A DNA stretch of 64,000 bases from a virus: IMG/VR virus record IMGVR_UViG_3300028384_000673, positions 45,352-109,351 of that record; one strand, written 5' to 3'. Shown in pieces: positions 9,062 through 16,137 of the stretch. Below the pieces are notes generated by a model. That model was given only the letters and a program-made list of their open reading frames with translations, was not told the DNA's origin and did no database searches. The number at the start of each line of letters is the position of its first letter. Position 1 is the stretch's first letter. The position numbers were made by a program, and so were the translations under genes.

Positions 9062-9634
9062 ATGTTTGTTACACAAACCCCACCCCCGATAGTTTGTCTG
9101 GACTGCACACCAAAAGAACAAAAGGTGTTGAAGTTCCTCCAAACACGGGGGATTTCTGATAAGAATGCTCTTGCTGTTGTGCTTGGCAACATCAAGCAGG
9201 AGAGTAATTTTCAACACAATGTATGTGAAGGTGGTGCAATCGTACCATACGATCAATGTCTTCGTGGTGGATATGGTCTCATTCAATGGACCTCACAGAA
9301 CAGATATGACGGTCTTGCTTACTTTGCTCGTAAATATGCGGGAGATGTCAATACATTTGAGACGCAACTTCGCTACATGGTTAATGAACCTCAGTGGACT
9401 AAATTTGAACTCGCATTGAAAGGTAGAGGACAAACTGTTCAGTATTATATGAATGAAGCATACTACTGGTTAGGGTGGGGAATCCACGGCAATCGTACCA
9501 AGTATGCATATGACTACACCAAGAAACTTACCTATGACGTTGAACCTGTTCCCAGTAAAGTATCACCACGCAAGAGTACACAATCACCAGCAGGTATTCG
9601 GTTCCCTTTTGGATTCCGCTCGGCATTTGCTTAG
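9062..9634 (+). CDS. Phage tail-type lysozyme-like protein (putative cell-wall hydrolase)
   Basis: LAVVLGNIKQESNF (catalytic-Glu context), GGYGLIQWT and TQLRYMVNE are typical of the Phage_lysozyme2-like family. Confidence 0.7.
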   Translation: MFVTQTPPPIVCLDCTPKEQKVLKFLQTRGISDKNALAVVLGNIKQESNFQHNVCEGGAIVPYDQCLRGGYGLIQWTSQNRYDGLAYFARKYAGDVNTFETQLRYMVNEPQWTKFELALKGRGQTVQYYMNEAYYWLGWGIHGNRTKYAYDYTKKLTYDVEPVPSKVSPRKSTQSPAGIRFPFGFRSAFA

Positions 9635-10115
9635 CAATGCTGAGGGTAAGTGGAATTGTTCGGTAGAAACTACACACTTCGACGAGAAAGATGTAGTTGA
9701 TCCAGTTGAACTGGGTGAGATACTTGGTCCATATTTGTATCAGTATTTTCCAAGAGATTGTGACATTGATATTGTTAATAGTTGGTTGAATCTCTACAAC
9801 TCTGGTCATGCTCAGGAACCACATCATCATGTGAACTTTCCTGATATGGTGAACTTTTCAGGAGTTGTATTCATTCAGTACGATAAAGAGAAGGATGGAA
9901 GGTTCTACTTTGAGAATATGAATCTGGATCACACTGTTCTCGGTTACACTCACATTTTCAAGCAGTCACCAGTATTAGAACCAGATATTAGTGAGGGAGA
10001 TATTATCATCTTCCCATCATTTGTACGACATGGTGTTAGATTGCAGAAACATGATACTAATCGTCTCACGCTAAGTTTCAACCTAAGTGTTATGCCACAT
10101 GACCTGAGTTTCTAA
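9534..10115 (+). CDS. 2OG-Fe(II) oxygenase, TIGR02466-like
   Basis: MTLNLFPVKY start like its paralogs, NSWLNLY..QEPHHH..FSGVVF, IIIFPSFVRHGV and RLTLSFN. Confidence 0.82.
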   Translation: MTLNLFPVKYHHARVHNHQQVFGSLLDSARHLLSNAEGKWNCSVETTHFDEKDVVDPVELGEILGPYLYQYFPRDCDIDIVNSWLNLYNSGHAQEPHHHVNFPDMVNFSGVVFIQYDKEKDGRFYFENMNLDHTVLGYTHIFKQSPVLEPDISEGDIIIFPSFVRHGVRLQKHDTNRLTLSFNLSVMPHDLSF

Positions 10116-10121
10116 CATCGA

Positions 10122-10201
10122 TGTGCCACAAGTATTAGTGGCACAGTAAATGAGCACAGCATCCCAAATCGTGTATTGTATACACATTGAGACACAAACC
10201 G
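10122..10201 (+). promoter_or_regulatory. Early-type promoter element E3
   Basis: Perfect inverted repeat TGTGCCAC-aagtatta-GTGGCACA (10122-10145), then TGAGCA-N17-TATTGT (10174-10179). Confidence 0.72.
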
Positions 10202-10795
10202 ATGTCCTTCCTCTCCGAGTTTCTGACTACTTCCTTCCAGAATGTTCGCTCTAAGAAGCGTACTGATCGACTGCACAAAGCACTGCTGAATGAGATCCTG
10301 AACGCTAATCCTGACCTCGCAGAGTATACTTGGAAGTTTGAATACAAACTGAAAAAAGATGCTTTTGGTGGCACGTTTGATATTGACATCGCAGGATTTG
10401 ATGCTGATGGTGATATTCGTGTTGCTATTCTTGCCAAGGCAATCAACAGCAACGTGAACAAAAATATCAAGAACTACGCAAATACTACCATCGGAGAAGC
10501 AGCACGACTGTATTATGCTCCTGATTGTAACAGCATCGAAAAGATTCTCTTCGTAAGTGTTCTCCCACGTCTTGCGCCACGATTCAACATTCTGGGAAGA
10601 GTTAAGGGTTTTGATGATGTTCTGAGTGCTAAGAGTCGCACAAAGATCGATGATGTTCTGCAACGTCAATATCATGGCGCTGTTGATACCATTGATCTGT
10701 TCTTTGATATTGATAACGTGAAGGAGCAAAAGAGCAAAAAAGACTATCAACAAATCGGTGTGAGCAATCTTACTCCCTGCCCTATGATCTGGTGA
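10202..10795 (+). CDS. Hypothetical protein, possibly a PD-(D/E)xK restriction-endonuclease-like fold
   Basis: FEYKL..GGTFDIDIAGFD..VAILAKAINSN..KNYANTTIGE resembles an E...D...xxK nuclease core. ATG 10202 follows E3. Confidence 0.45.
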   Translation: MSFLSEFLTTSFQNVRSKKRTDRLHKALLNEILNANPDLAEYTWKFEYKLKKDAFGGTFDIDIAGFDADGDIRVAILAKAINSNVNKNIKNYANTTIGEAARLYYAPDCNSIEKILFVSVLPRLAPRFNILGRVKGFDDVLSAKSRTKIDDVLQRQYHGAVDTIDLFFDIDNVKEQKSKKDYQQIGVSNLTPCPMIW

Positions 10796-10872
10796 CAGTT
10801 GGCAAGGTGTCCACTATTCACGCACAGGGCACCTAAAACCTGTATATTAAAAGAGTCAAAGGGATTCACACC
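10792..10872 (+). promoter_or_regulatory. Early-type promoter element E4
   Basis: GTGACAG-ttggcaag-GTGTCCAC (10792-10814), cgcacag, TATATT at 10843-10848, then aaaagagtcaaag. Confidence 0.68.
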
Positions 10873-11139
10873 ATGCAACTCACAAACTCCGCCACCATTG
10901 TTGACTTCTTCCCTGAGGCATTTGTTGCCGAGTCATGTAACATCAAGGGCATGAAAGTTGTCATCAAACGTTTCACCAAGCGTGTTACTTTCCGTGCTAA
11001 TGGTGCAAAATCATACAGCACTATTGTTGCAACTGATGCCAAGAATGAGTGGGCACAGCGTATTGCTAAGGGTGCTGAGGTTACTGACTTCAACACCAAC
11101 AAAATGCCTTCTTCTGAGTATATGCCACTGTACTGCTGA
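10873..11139 (+). CDS. Small hypothetical protein (88 aa)
   Basis: First gene after E4; codon usage resembles the helicase gene. Confidence 0.7.
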   Translation: MQLTNSATIVDFFPEAFVAESCNIKGMKVVIKRFTKRVTFRANGAKSYSTIVATDAKNEWAQRIAKGAEVTDFNTNKMPSSEYMPLYC

Positions 11140-11163
11140 TTCGTTCTCTTAATTAACATCAAC

Positions 11164-11337
11164 ATGCTCAATCCTTACGTCGAAAACTTAGTTGCAATGG
11201 GTTACGATCGTGCTGACTGTGAGACAGTTGCAGTCGCAGGAGTTGATAAGACTTTCCCACTGAACATCCATGGGAGAGTATATCAAACTCAGGAAGAGTA
11301 CGATGAAGCACTTTACGATTTTATCAACGGACAATAA
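11164..11337 (+). CDS. Small hypothetical protein (57 aa, MLNPYVENLVAMG...)
   Basis: Read manually; fills the gap and has an A/C-rich leader. Confidence 0.55.
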   Translation: MLNPYVENLVAMGYDRADCETVAVAGVDKTFPLNIHGRVYQTQEEYDEALYDFINGQ

Positions 11338-11373
11338 ACACAACTATCGACATTTCACTCCTTGACTAACACC

Positions 11374-11562
11374 ATGACTGACAAAATCATTGACCGTGAT
11401 GCACTCCAAGACAGCATGATTCAGCAAATGCTGGATGACATGGACATCAAAACTATGATGGCGATGTTGTATGATATGATGGATGAGAGTTATGATAAGT
11501 ATTCGGTTGATGAATTGATTGCAGAAGTAGAAGAATACTACCCACATTTGTTAGAGGAATAA
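11374..11562 (+). CDS. Small acidic hypothetical protein
   Basis: MTDKIIDRDALQ start; the stop overlaps the next ATG (TAATG). Confidence 0.65.
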   Translation: MTDKIIDRDALQDSMIQQMLDDMDIKTMMAMLYDMMDESYDKYSVDELIAEVEEYYPHLLEE

Positions 11563-11876
11563 TGTCACTTATCAAACAGCATTTACATCAACAACAACGC
11601 AACATGGATCAACTGATTATCACCAAGGCAGAACGTCGAATAGATGCTGTTGGATATATTGAGGACATTTGGGTAACAAATAGCGACCACGATAGTGATC
11701 CCGTGTTTATTATTGACAGTTGCGGAACAGGACATCAATACTCCGTATTGTCACGCAAAGGTGATAACTATTGCATTACATATACGGCACAGACTGTATG
11801 TGAGTGCAAGGAATTTATCGAACAATGGATAAACAATGAGATCACACAAGAGATCTTAAATCTTTCTCCTGTGTGA
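11562..11876 (+). CDS. Hypothetical protein (104 aa)
   Basis: Coupled start; the stop TGA lies inside the E5 palindrome. Confidence 0.6.
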   Translation: MSLIKQHLHQQQRNMDQLIITKAERRIDAVGYIEDIWVTNSDHDSDPVFIIDSCGTGHQYSVLSRKGDNYCITYTAQTVCECKEFIEQWINNEITQEILNLSPV

Positions 11877-11954
11877 CAGTTAAACTACCTGCACACGGTG
11901 ATGGCACAACTCCCAAAATCGTGTATTCTATAAGAGTCAAAGCAACGCACCACA
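11871..11954 (+). promoter_or_regulatory. Early-type promoter element E5
   Basis: GTGTGACAG-ttaaactac-CTGCACAC (11871-11896), then ATGGCA-N17-TATTCT (11924-11929). It shares 24 identical nt with E2 (tcgtgtattctataagagtcaaag). Confidence 0.72.
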
Positions 11955-12161
11955 ATGGTCTCACTTCTCCAAGATTCTAAGTTCATCGATGCCATTCAAT
12001 CGATGCAATCGTTCGCCTTTGAGATGAATCCTGACATTGATATGTGTTACGATTATGTGTGTGAAATGGCAGGCATTTCCACCTTCGTTGCTGATGGTCC
12101 TGCATGGGATTTGTTCTATGATATGTGGGAACTTGTGAAGGAAGAAAATGGACTTAATTGA
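11955..12161 (+). CDS. Small acidic hypothetical protein (68 aa)
   Basis: First gene after E5. Confidence 0.65.
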   Translation: MVSLLQDSKFIDAIQSMQSFAFEMNPDIDMCYDYVCEMAGISTFVADGPAWDLFYDMWELVKEENGLN

Positions 12162-12203
12162 TACTAAACACTACCCACTTTTCGCTGAATTAACTAAACT
12201 AAC

Positions 12204-12350
12204 ATGTCTGGAATCAAAGCAATCGATCAATTCAACAACATCTACGAAAGTGCAAACAACGGAGACACAATCATGCTCCGAGAGTATACCTACTGGGAAG
12301 CAGATCAATACTTGATCGACGAAGATTCTCTCACTGAGGTAGAAGAATGA
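12204..12350 (+). CDS. Small hypothetical protein (48 aa)
   Basis: Read manually (MSGIKAIDQFNN...); ATGA overlap with the next gene. Confidence 0.5.
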   Translation: MSGIKAIDQFNNIYESANNGDTIMLREYTYWEADQYLIDEDSLTEVEE

Positions 12351-12511
12351 GAATCATACTTTTATTCTTCACTGTTATCGTTGGTAGCATTATTGGTGTT
12401 AATGGTATCAACGCCATCTCAGATCTTCAAGATCAAAGGCAACAACGTTTCTGCAAACAAGTCTCATCGATATATTCATCTTACGATGAAATGTGTAAAG
12501 ACTTTCGCTAA
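12347..12511 (+). CDS. Small membrane-anchored protein (54 aa)
   Basis: Read manually; hydrophobic N-terminus MRIILLFFTVIVGSIIGVNGI followed by a polar tail with two Cys. Confidence 0.55.
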   Translation: MRIILLFFTVIVGSIIGVNGINAISDLQDQRQQRFCKQVSSIYSSYDEMCKDFR

Positions 12512-12518
12512 TCATTCA

Positions 12519-12719
12519 ATGAAATTCCAAGTCACTTCACTAACACTCAATTTTGAAGATGATGATTTTGAGTGTCCTCCCACCATACAATCTGAGATCT
12601 ATGAGGACATCATCGGATCATTCTGGGATGCTGCTGATAAAGAAGATTTAATTGAAGAGATTACCACAGTCGCAGGATTTACGGTGAAAGATATTGATTA
12701 TCGCCACATTCTCATTTAA
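12519..12719 (+). CDS. Small acidic hypothetical protein (66 aa)
   Basis: ATG 12519 (MKFQVTSL) preferred over 12381, which overlaps the previous ORF. Confidence 0.6.
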   Translation: MKFQVTSLTLNFEDDDFECPPTIQSEIYEDIIGSFWDAADKEDLIEEITTVAGFTVKDIDYRHILI

Positions 12720-12731
12720 GTAAAGAGAAAT

Positions 12732-12839
12732 TGTGCCAGTGAACTAAGTGGCACACAACTGGTAGACCTGCACCCCATATGGTCTATTATATGTTCATCG
12801 GGGGAGGAAACGACCCCAACCAACACTAACTCCACTCTC
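12732..12839 (+). promoter_or_regulatory. Early-type promoter element E6 with a 5'-leader hairpin
   Basis: TGTGCCA-gtgaactaag-TGGCACA (12732-12755), TAGACC-N16-TATTAT (12785-12790), and GGGG-aggaaacga-CCCC (12801-12817). Confidence 0.65.
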
Positions 12840-13187
12840 ATGCGTAAGATCGAATCCCAAATGTGTGCCGCTGTTCAGAAGAACATCGACTGGCAGTCTG
12901 GCAACACTAGTGTTCACTTTGATCCTGAAACTGGTGTCTCTGTTGTGCGTCTTCATGGCAACAAGATCGCTGAGGTTTCTGATAACGACATGACCATTTT
13001 TGATGGTGGTTGGCAGACTACCACCACAAAATCACGCCTTAATGCACTTTGCACTGAATTCTGCATTGCTGGTGAAGGTGTTTTCCAGAAAGACTTCACC
13101 TGGTTTGTGCGTAAGTTTGTCGGCAAGATCAACGGACAATCTAAGTTTGTCACCGAATCTTTCGACAACGGTTACATCTTCGCCTGA
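12840..13187 (+). CDS. Hypothetical protein (115 aa), cyanomyophage-type
   Basis: First gene after E6; clean ORF. Confidence 0.75.
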   Translation: MRKIESQMCAAVQKNIDWQSGNTSVHFDPETGVSVVRLHGNKIAEVSDNDMTIFDGGWQTTTTKSRLNALCTEFCIAGEGVFQKDFTWFVRKFVGKINGQSKFVTESFDNGYIFA

Positions 13188-13196
13188 TTATTACCA

Positions 13197-13358
13197 ATGC
13201 TTAAAGTAAACATCCAAAAGGTGATTCGTGAAACTGTTGGTAACACCCAACTCACGAAAGAACAAAAACATCAAGTCTTCGAGTATGTGTGTCATGGTTT
13301 AATGAAAGAAGGACGAATCTCCTCTATTCAGTATGAACGCTGGACTAACGCATTTTAA
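13197..13358 (+). CDS. Small hypothetical protein (53 aa)
   Basis: Read manually (MLKVNIQKVIRE...RWTNAF). Confidence 0.55.
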   Translation: MLKVNIQKVIRETVGNTQLTKEQKHQVFEYVCHGLMKEGRISSIQYERWTNAF

Positions 13359-13372
13359 TCAAACAAACTCAA

Positions 13373-13507
13373 ATGAAATTCGTCCTCCTCGTTGTTATTG
13401 GCATCCTAATCTACAATTCTAACGACTCACGATTCTTCATCTCCGATCAACTTAATAATGCAGCAGAAATCATCAGACCACAACCACAATTAAAACTCTC
13501 TTATTGA
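13373..13507 (+). CDS. Small membrane/secreted peptide (44 aa)
   Basis: Read manually; hydrophobic N-terminus MKFVLLVVIGILIY. Confidence 0.5.
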   Translation: MKFVLLVVIGILIYNSNDSRFFISDQLNNAAEIIRPQPQLKLSY

Positions 13508-13575
13508 TGCCTGTAAGCGTCTACAACGCCCTTAAACATCGAAGACCTACATAGTACACCATCCAAACCATTATT

Positions 13576-14199
13576 ATGGAAGAAACTATCAATCTATCAG
13601 ACAATCTCCCTCAACCAGATTTTGAAACTTACGGTCTTTTCATGACCCCAGTTACAAAACTCTCCCTGAAAGATCACGTTGATTCTATTCTTAAATGGAT
13701 GAGAAATGAAGACTTCGTAGATATTGGCGAACGTAATGCATTATGTCATAATGTTCAACAAGTAGGCGAAACTAATAAGATCCTCGAAGATCTTCCCGCC
13801 CTTAAAGCATCATTACTCGAAGCAGCAAGAAAACATAATGAATCAGGTTTGTGCTATGCCTCTAATTTCCAAATCTCAGATTGTTATATCGAACTAGCAC
13901 ATAAAGGCGCAATCTATGCTCCTCATGAACATTCAAACTGTCTATTCTCTGGCACCCTATTCGTAAACTACAATCCACAATCACACTCCTATCTTAAATT
14001 CAAACGTAATGTAGTTTCTAACATGTATCCCGTTATGATGCTCCCTTATGAACAAATGACTGCATTCAATCTACAAGAAGCAACTATTCCTTACTCTAAT
14101 GGTGATGTAGTCATCTATCCTTCAAACCTTACCCATGGTTATGAATCAAACCCATCAGATGAACGTATTACACTAACATTTAATGTTATTCCCGTGTAA
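13576..14199 (+). CDS. 2OG-Fe(II) oxygenase, TIGR02466-like
   Basis: GLFMTPV, YAPHEHSNCLFSGTLF, VIYPSNLTHGY and RITLTFN. Confidence 0.82.
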   Translation: MEETINLSDNLPQPDFETYGLFMTPVTKLSLKDHVDSILKWMRNEDFVDIGERNALCHNVQQVGETNKILEDLPALKASLLEAARKHNESGLCYASNFQISDCYIELAHKGAIYAPHEHSNCLFSGTLFVNYNPQSHSYLKFKRNVVSNMYPVMMLPYEQMTAFNLQEATIPYSNGDVVIYPSNLTHGYESNPSDERITLTFNVIPV

Positions 14200-14236
14200 T
14201 ACTTAATCACTCACAATCCTACACGCCAACACATCT

Positions 14237-14313
14237 TTTTCCACAATCATGCCTCTTAGTTATCCACAACTCTATAAGAGTTTTCCACAATTAAGAGGCA
14301 TTTCTGTGGATAA
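14237..14313. other. Cluster of four DnaA-box-like 9-mers (candidate replication origin)
   Basis: TTTTCCACA 14237, TTATCCACA 14260, TTTTCCACA 14281 and TGTGGATAA 14305 (inverted). All fit TTWTNCACA and are followed by an AT-rich stretch. Confidence 0.55.
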
Positions 14314-14380
14314 TTAAAATACCTCAATAAACATACCTTTGTGTAAGATAAGGGTGTTTGAAAGAGTGATAAATACCCTG

Positions 14381-14430
14381 ATTTGTAGTCTATTTGGGTC
14401 TATTTGTTGCTATTTGGGTCTATTTGTTGT
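14381..14430. repeat. Tandem 10-bp units containing an exact 20-bp duplication
   Basis: atttgtagtc/tatttgggtc/tatttgttgc/tatttgggtc/tatttgttgt; CTATTTGGGTCTATTTGTTG occurs at 14390 and 14410. Confidence 0.85.
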
Positions 14431-14474
14431 TGCCTTGGAGTGTAACCTATCATCGCCTAGTTGTCAACACATAG

Positions 14475-14531
14475 GAGACACTCAGAAACTGTCACAAACC
14501 CCTTGACATTACTTGCACTTTCATACATAAT
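14475..14531 (+). promoter_or_regulatory. Sigma70-like promoter with an upstream palindrome (E7)
   Basis: GAGACA-ctcagaaac-TGTCAC (14475-14495), then TTGACA (14503-14508)-N17-CATAAT (14526-14531). Confidence 0.7.
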
Positions 14532-14571
14532 TACATTGTTCAACTCAGTCACTTTCAACTGACAATCTTCC

Positions 14572-14751
14572 ATGGGTCGCACATACAAACGCAACGATCT
14601 GCATAACAGCAGACGCCCTAAGTCCATCCGAGAAAAGAGACAGTTTTCTGATCGTAAATCATCAGACAAATATGATGATTTTTCCACAGATTATTCCACA
14701 AGTAAGTACACACAAAAGAACCAACGATTTGACTCCCAAGATTATGAATGA
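14572..14751 (+). CDS. Small basic hypothetical protein (59 aa, MGRTYKRNDLHNSRRPKSIREKR...)
   Basis: Read manually; first ORF downstream of E7. Confidence 0.6.
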   Translation: MGRTYKRNDLHNSRRPKSIREKRQFSDRKSSDKYDDFSTDYSTSKYTQKNQRFDSQDYE

Positions 14752-14875
14752 AGCGATGATGGATGACTGGATTGATGACATGCTCAACGATGAATCATTC
14801 GATGATATTGTTGACTTCGATGCACTTATTGTTGAAAGTCTAGATGAACAACCAGAGGGAGATTATAGTGCATAA
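14744..14875 (+). CDS. Small acidic hypothetical protein
   Basis: Start uncertain (14744, 14756 or 14759); DDWIDDMLNDESFDD. Confidence 0.45.
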   Translation: MNEAMMDDWIDDMLNDESFDDIVDFDALIVESLDEQPEGDYSA

Positions 14876-15038
14876 ACTAATAGAACTTGAAACAACTCCC
14901 CCAGTAAGTGTTAAGATCTGGGAAGACCGTAAAGGACACTTTTGGCGCTATGCTTATGGCACTTGTCCTAAGAATGGTCCATTCCCTAACTATCAACAAG
15001 CACTCGCTGATTGTGTCTCCTATTCTACACAACTATGA
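14868..15038 (+). CDS. Small hypothetical protein (GTG start, HKLIELETTPPVSVKIW...)
   Basis: GTG 14868 overlaps the previous stop; stop at 15038. Confidence 0.55.
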   Translation: MHKLIELETTPPVSVKIWEDRKGHFWRYAYGTCPKNGPFPNYQQALADCVSYSTQL

Positions 15039-15229
15039 ACATCCCAGTTAAGTATGAAAATCTATTAGATCTTTATGATGCTGGTAGTCTCCCACCTGAT
15101 GAACAGATAGAGTTAGCACAATTCCTAATTGACACTGATCTGTATCAACAACTCACACAATATACACAGTGGTGTGATTACCTAATCATGGAAGGTTTGT
15201 GCTATGATGTAGTCATCGGGGACAGTTAA
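15035..15229 (+). CDS. Small hypothetical protein (64 aa)
   Basis: ATGA overlap; MNIPVKYENLLDLYD. Confidence 0.6.
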   Translation: MNIPVKYENLLDLYDAGSLPPDEQIELAQFLIDTDLYQQLTQYTQWCDYLIMEGLCYDVVIGDS

Positions 15230-15237
15230 TCTGTCCC
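15219..15237 (+). terminator. Hairpin at the end of the small-gene cluster, possible terminator
   Basis: GGGACAG-ttaat-CTGTCCC followed by tctattt (weak U-tract). Confidence 0.4.
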
Positions 15238-15456
15238 TCTATTTGACAGTTATTTGTTGCCCTTGTTTGTTATTAGCGGTAGCGGGTATATTAAAAAGTA
15301 CCTTCTCTCTAACCTACAACAGTATCCCAGGGCGGTCGATATATTATTCATGAATTCGATTCCCCCAGTATCAAAAAATTTCCCAGGTAGTAAGATCACT
15401 CTCAGGGTCGAACTACAATATATCTGGATATGTCTGAGAGAAACCATTAAGATAGT

Positions 15457-16137
15457 ATGTCAACATTAATCTGTAATTTGCCGTCTGAGACAGTCTGGGT
15501 ACGTAAGGAGTATCTAACAGACTTTCAGAGTGGGTTTGGAGAGTTTGTGGAGGGCGTTTGGGTAACGGCGAAGTCGATGCCTGGACGTGCTTTTTATTTT
15601 GAGACATACTTGCCAGAGTATGCAGCAATGTATGACAAGTTACCTATCAGTGCATTTGTTAGTAAACCAGAGACTCCAACACCTGATTTAGATCTAAAAA
15701 ACTTACAGTTTTGGAACTGTATGGATTATGGTGTAACTGCTGTGTATAAGCAGTTTATTGGTTCAATGGATATCGAAGTATATACGAGAGACTTTGGACG
15801 CCTTACAGGGGCGTACGTGAGCACTCTGGACAATTATCACGACGACATTGATAGGATAGATTACAGCACTGCTGAGACACCAGCGGAGCATAAGAGTCAT
15901 AACATCATTAAACTTGACAATGGGCAGTATGCATTGTATCCTAATAATAGGATGAGAGTTTATGATAACTCTTTAACACCTACTGAACCAAAGATGCCAT
16001 TCTTCAAAGTCAGTACGAATGTATATGATGTAGAGAGGGGACACATGACACGTTATGGGGACACTGATGACTACCACTATGGAATCCAGACCGACGATAG
16101 AGGAGATGAGGGGGATATGGTCTCAGTGGGTGGATAG
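15457..16137 (+). CDS. Conserved hypothetical protein of marine T4-like phages (226 aa)
   Basis: NLP...WVRKEYL...FETYLPEYAAMYDKLPISAF and YPNNRMR; function unknown. Confidence 0.75.
   Translation: MSTLICNLPSETVWVRKEYLTDFQSGFGEFVEGVWVTAKSMPGRAFYFETYLPEYAAMYDKLPISAFVSKPETPTPDLDLKNLQFWNCMDYGVTAVYKQFIGSMDIEVYTRDFGRLTGAYVSTLDNYHDDIDRIDYSTAETPAEHKSHNIIKLDNGQYALYPNNRMRVYDNSLTPTEPKMPFFKVSTNVYDVERGHMTRYGDTDDYHYGIQTDDRGDEGDMVSVGG

Noticed and set aside
10122-10145. Palindrome as an NtcA or CRP site
   Set aside because: Half-site sequence and spacing do not fit GTA-N8-TAC or TGTGA-N6-TCACA.
1078-14199. Oxygenases as non-heme iron halogenases (SyrB2/WelO5 type)
   Set aside because: None has HxG/HxA in place of the carboxylate; all are HxH or HxD.
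5757-14531. Repeated palindromic elements as a CRISPR array or integron attC sites
   Set aside because: The copies are degenerate, spaced 0.7-2.4 kb apart with whole genes between them, and each includes a -10 box. No cas or integrase gene is present.
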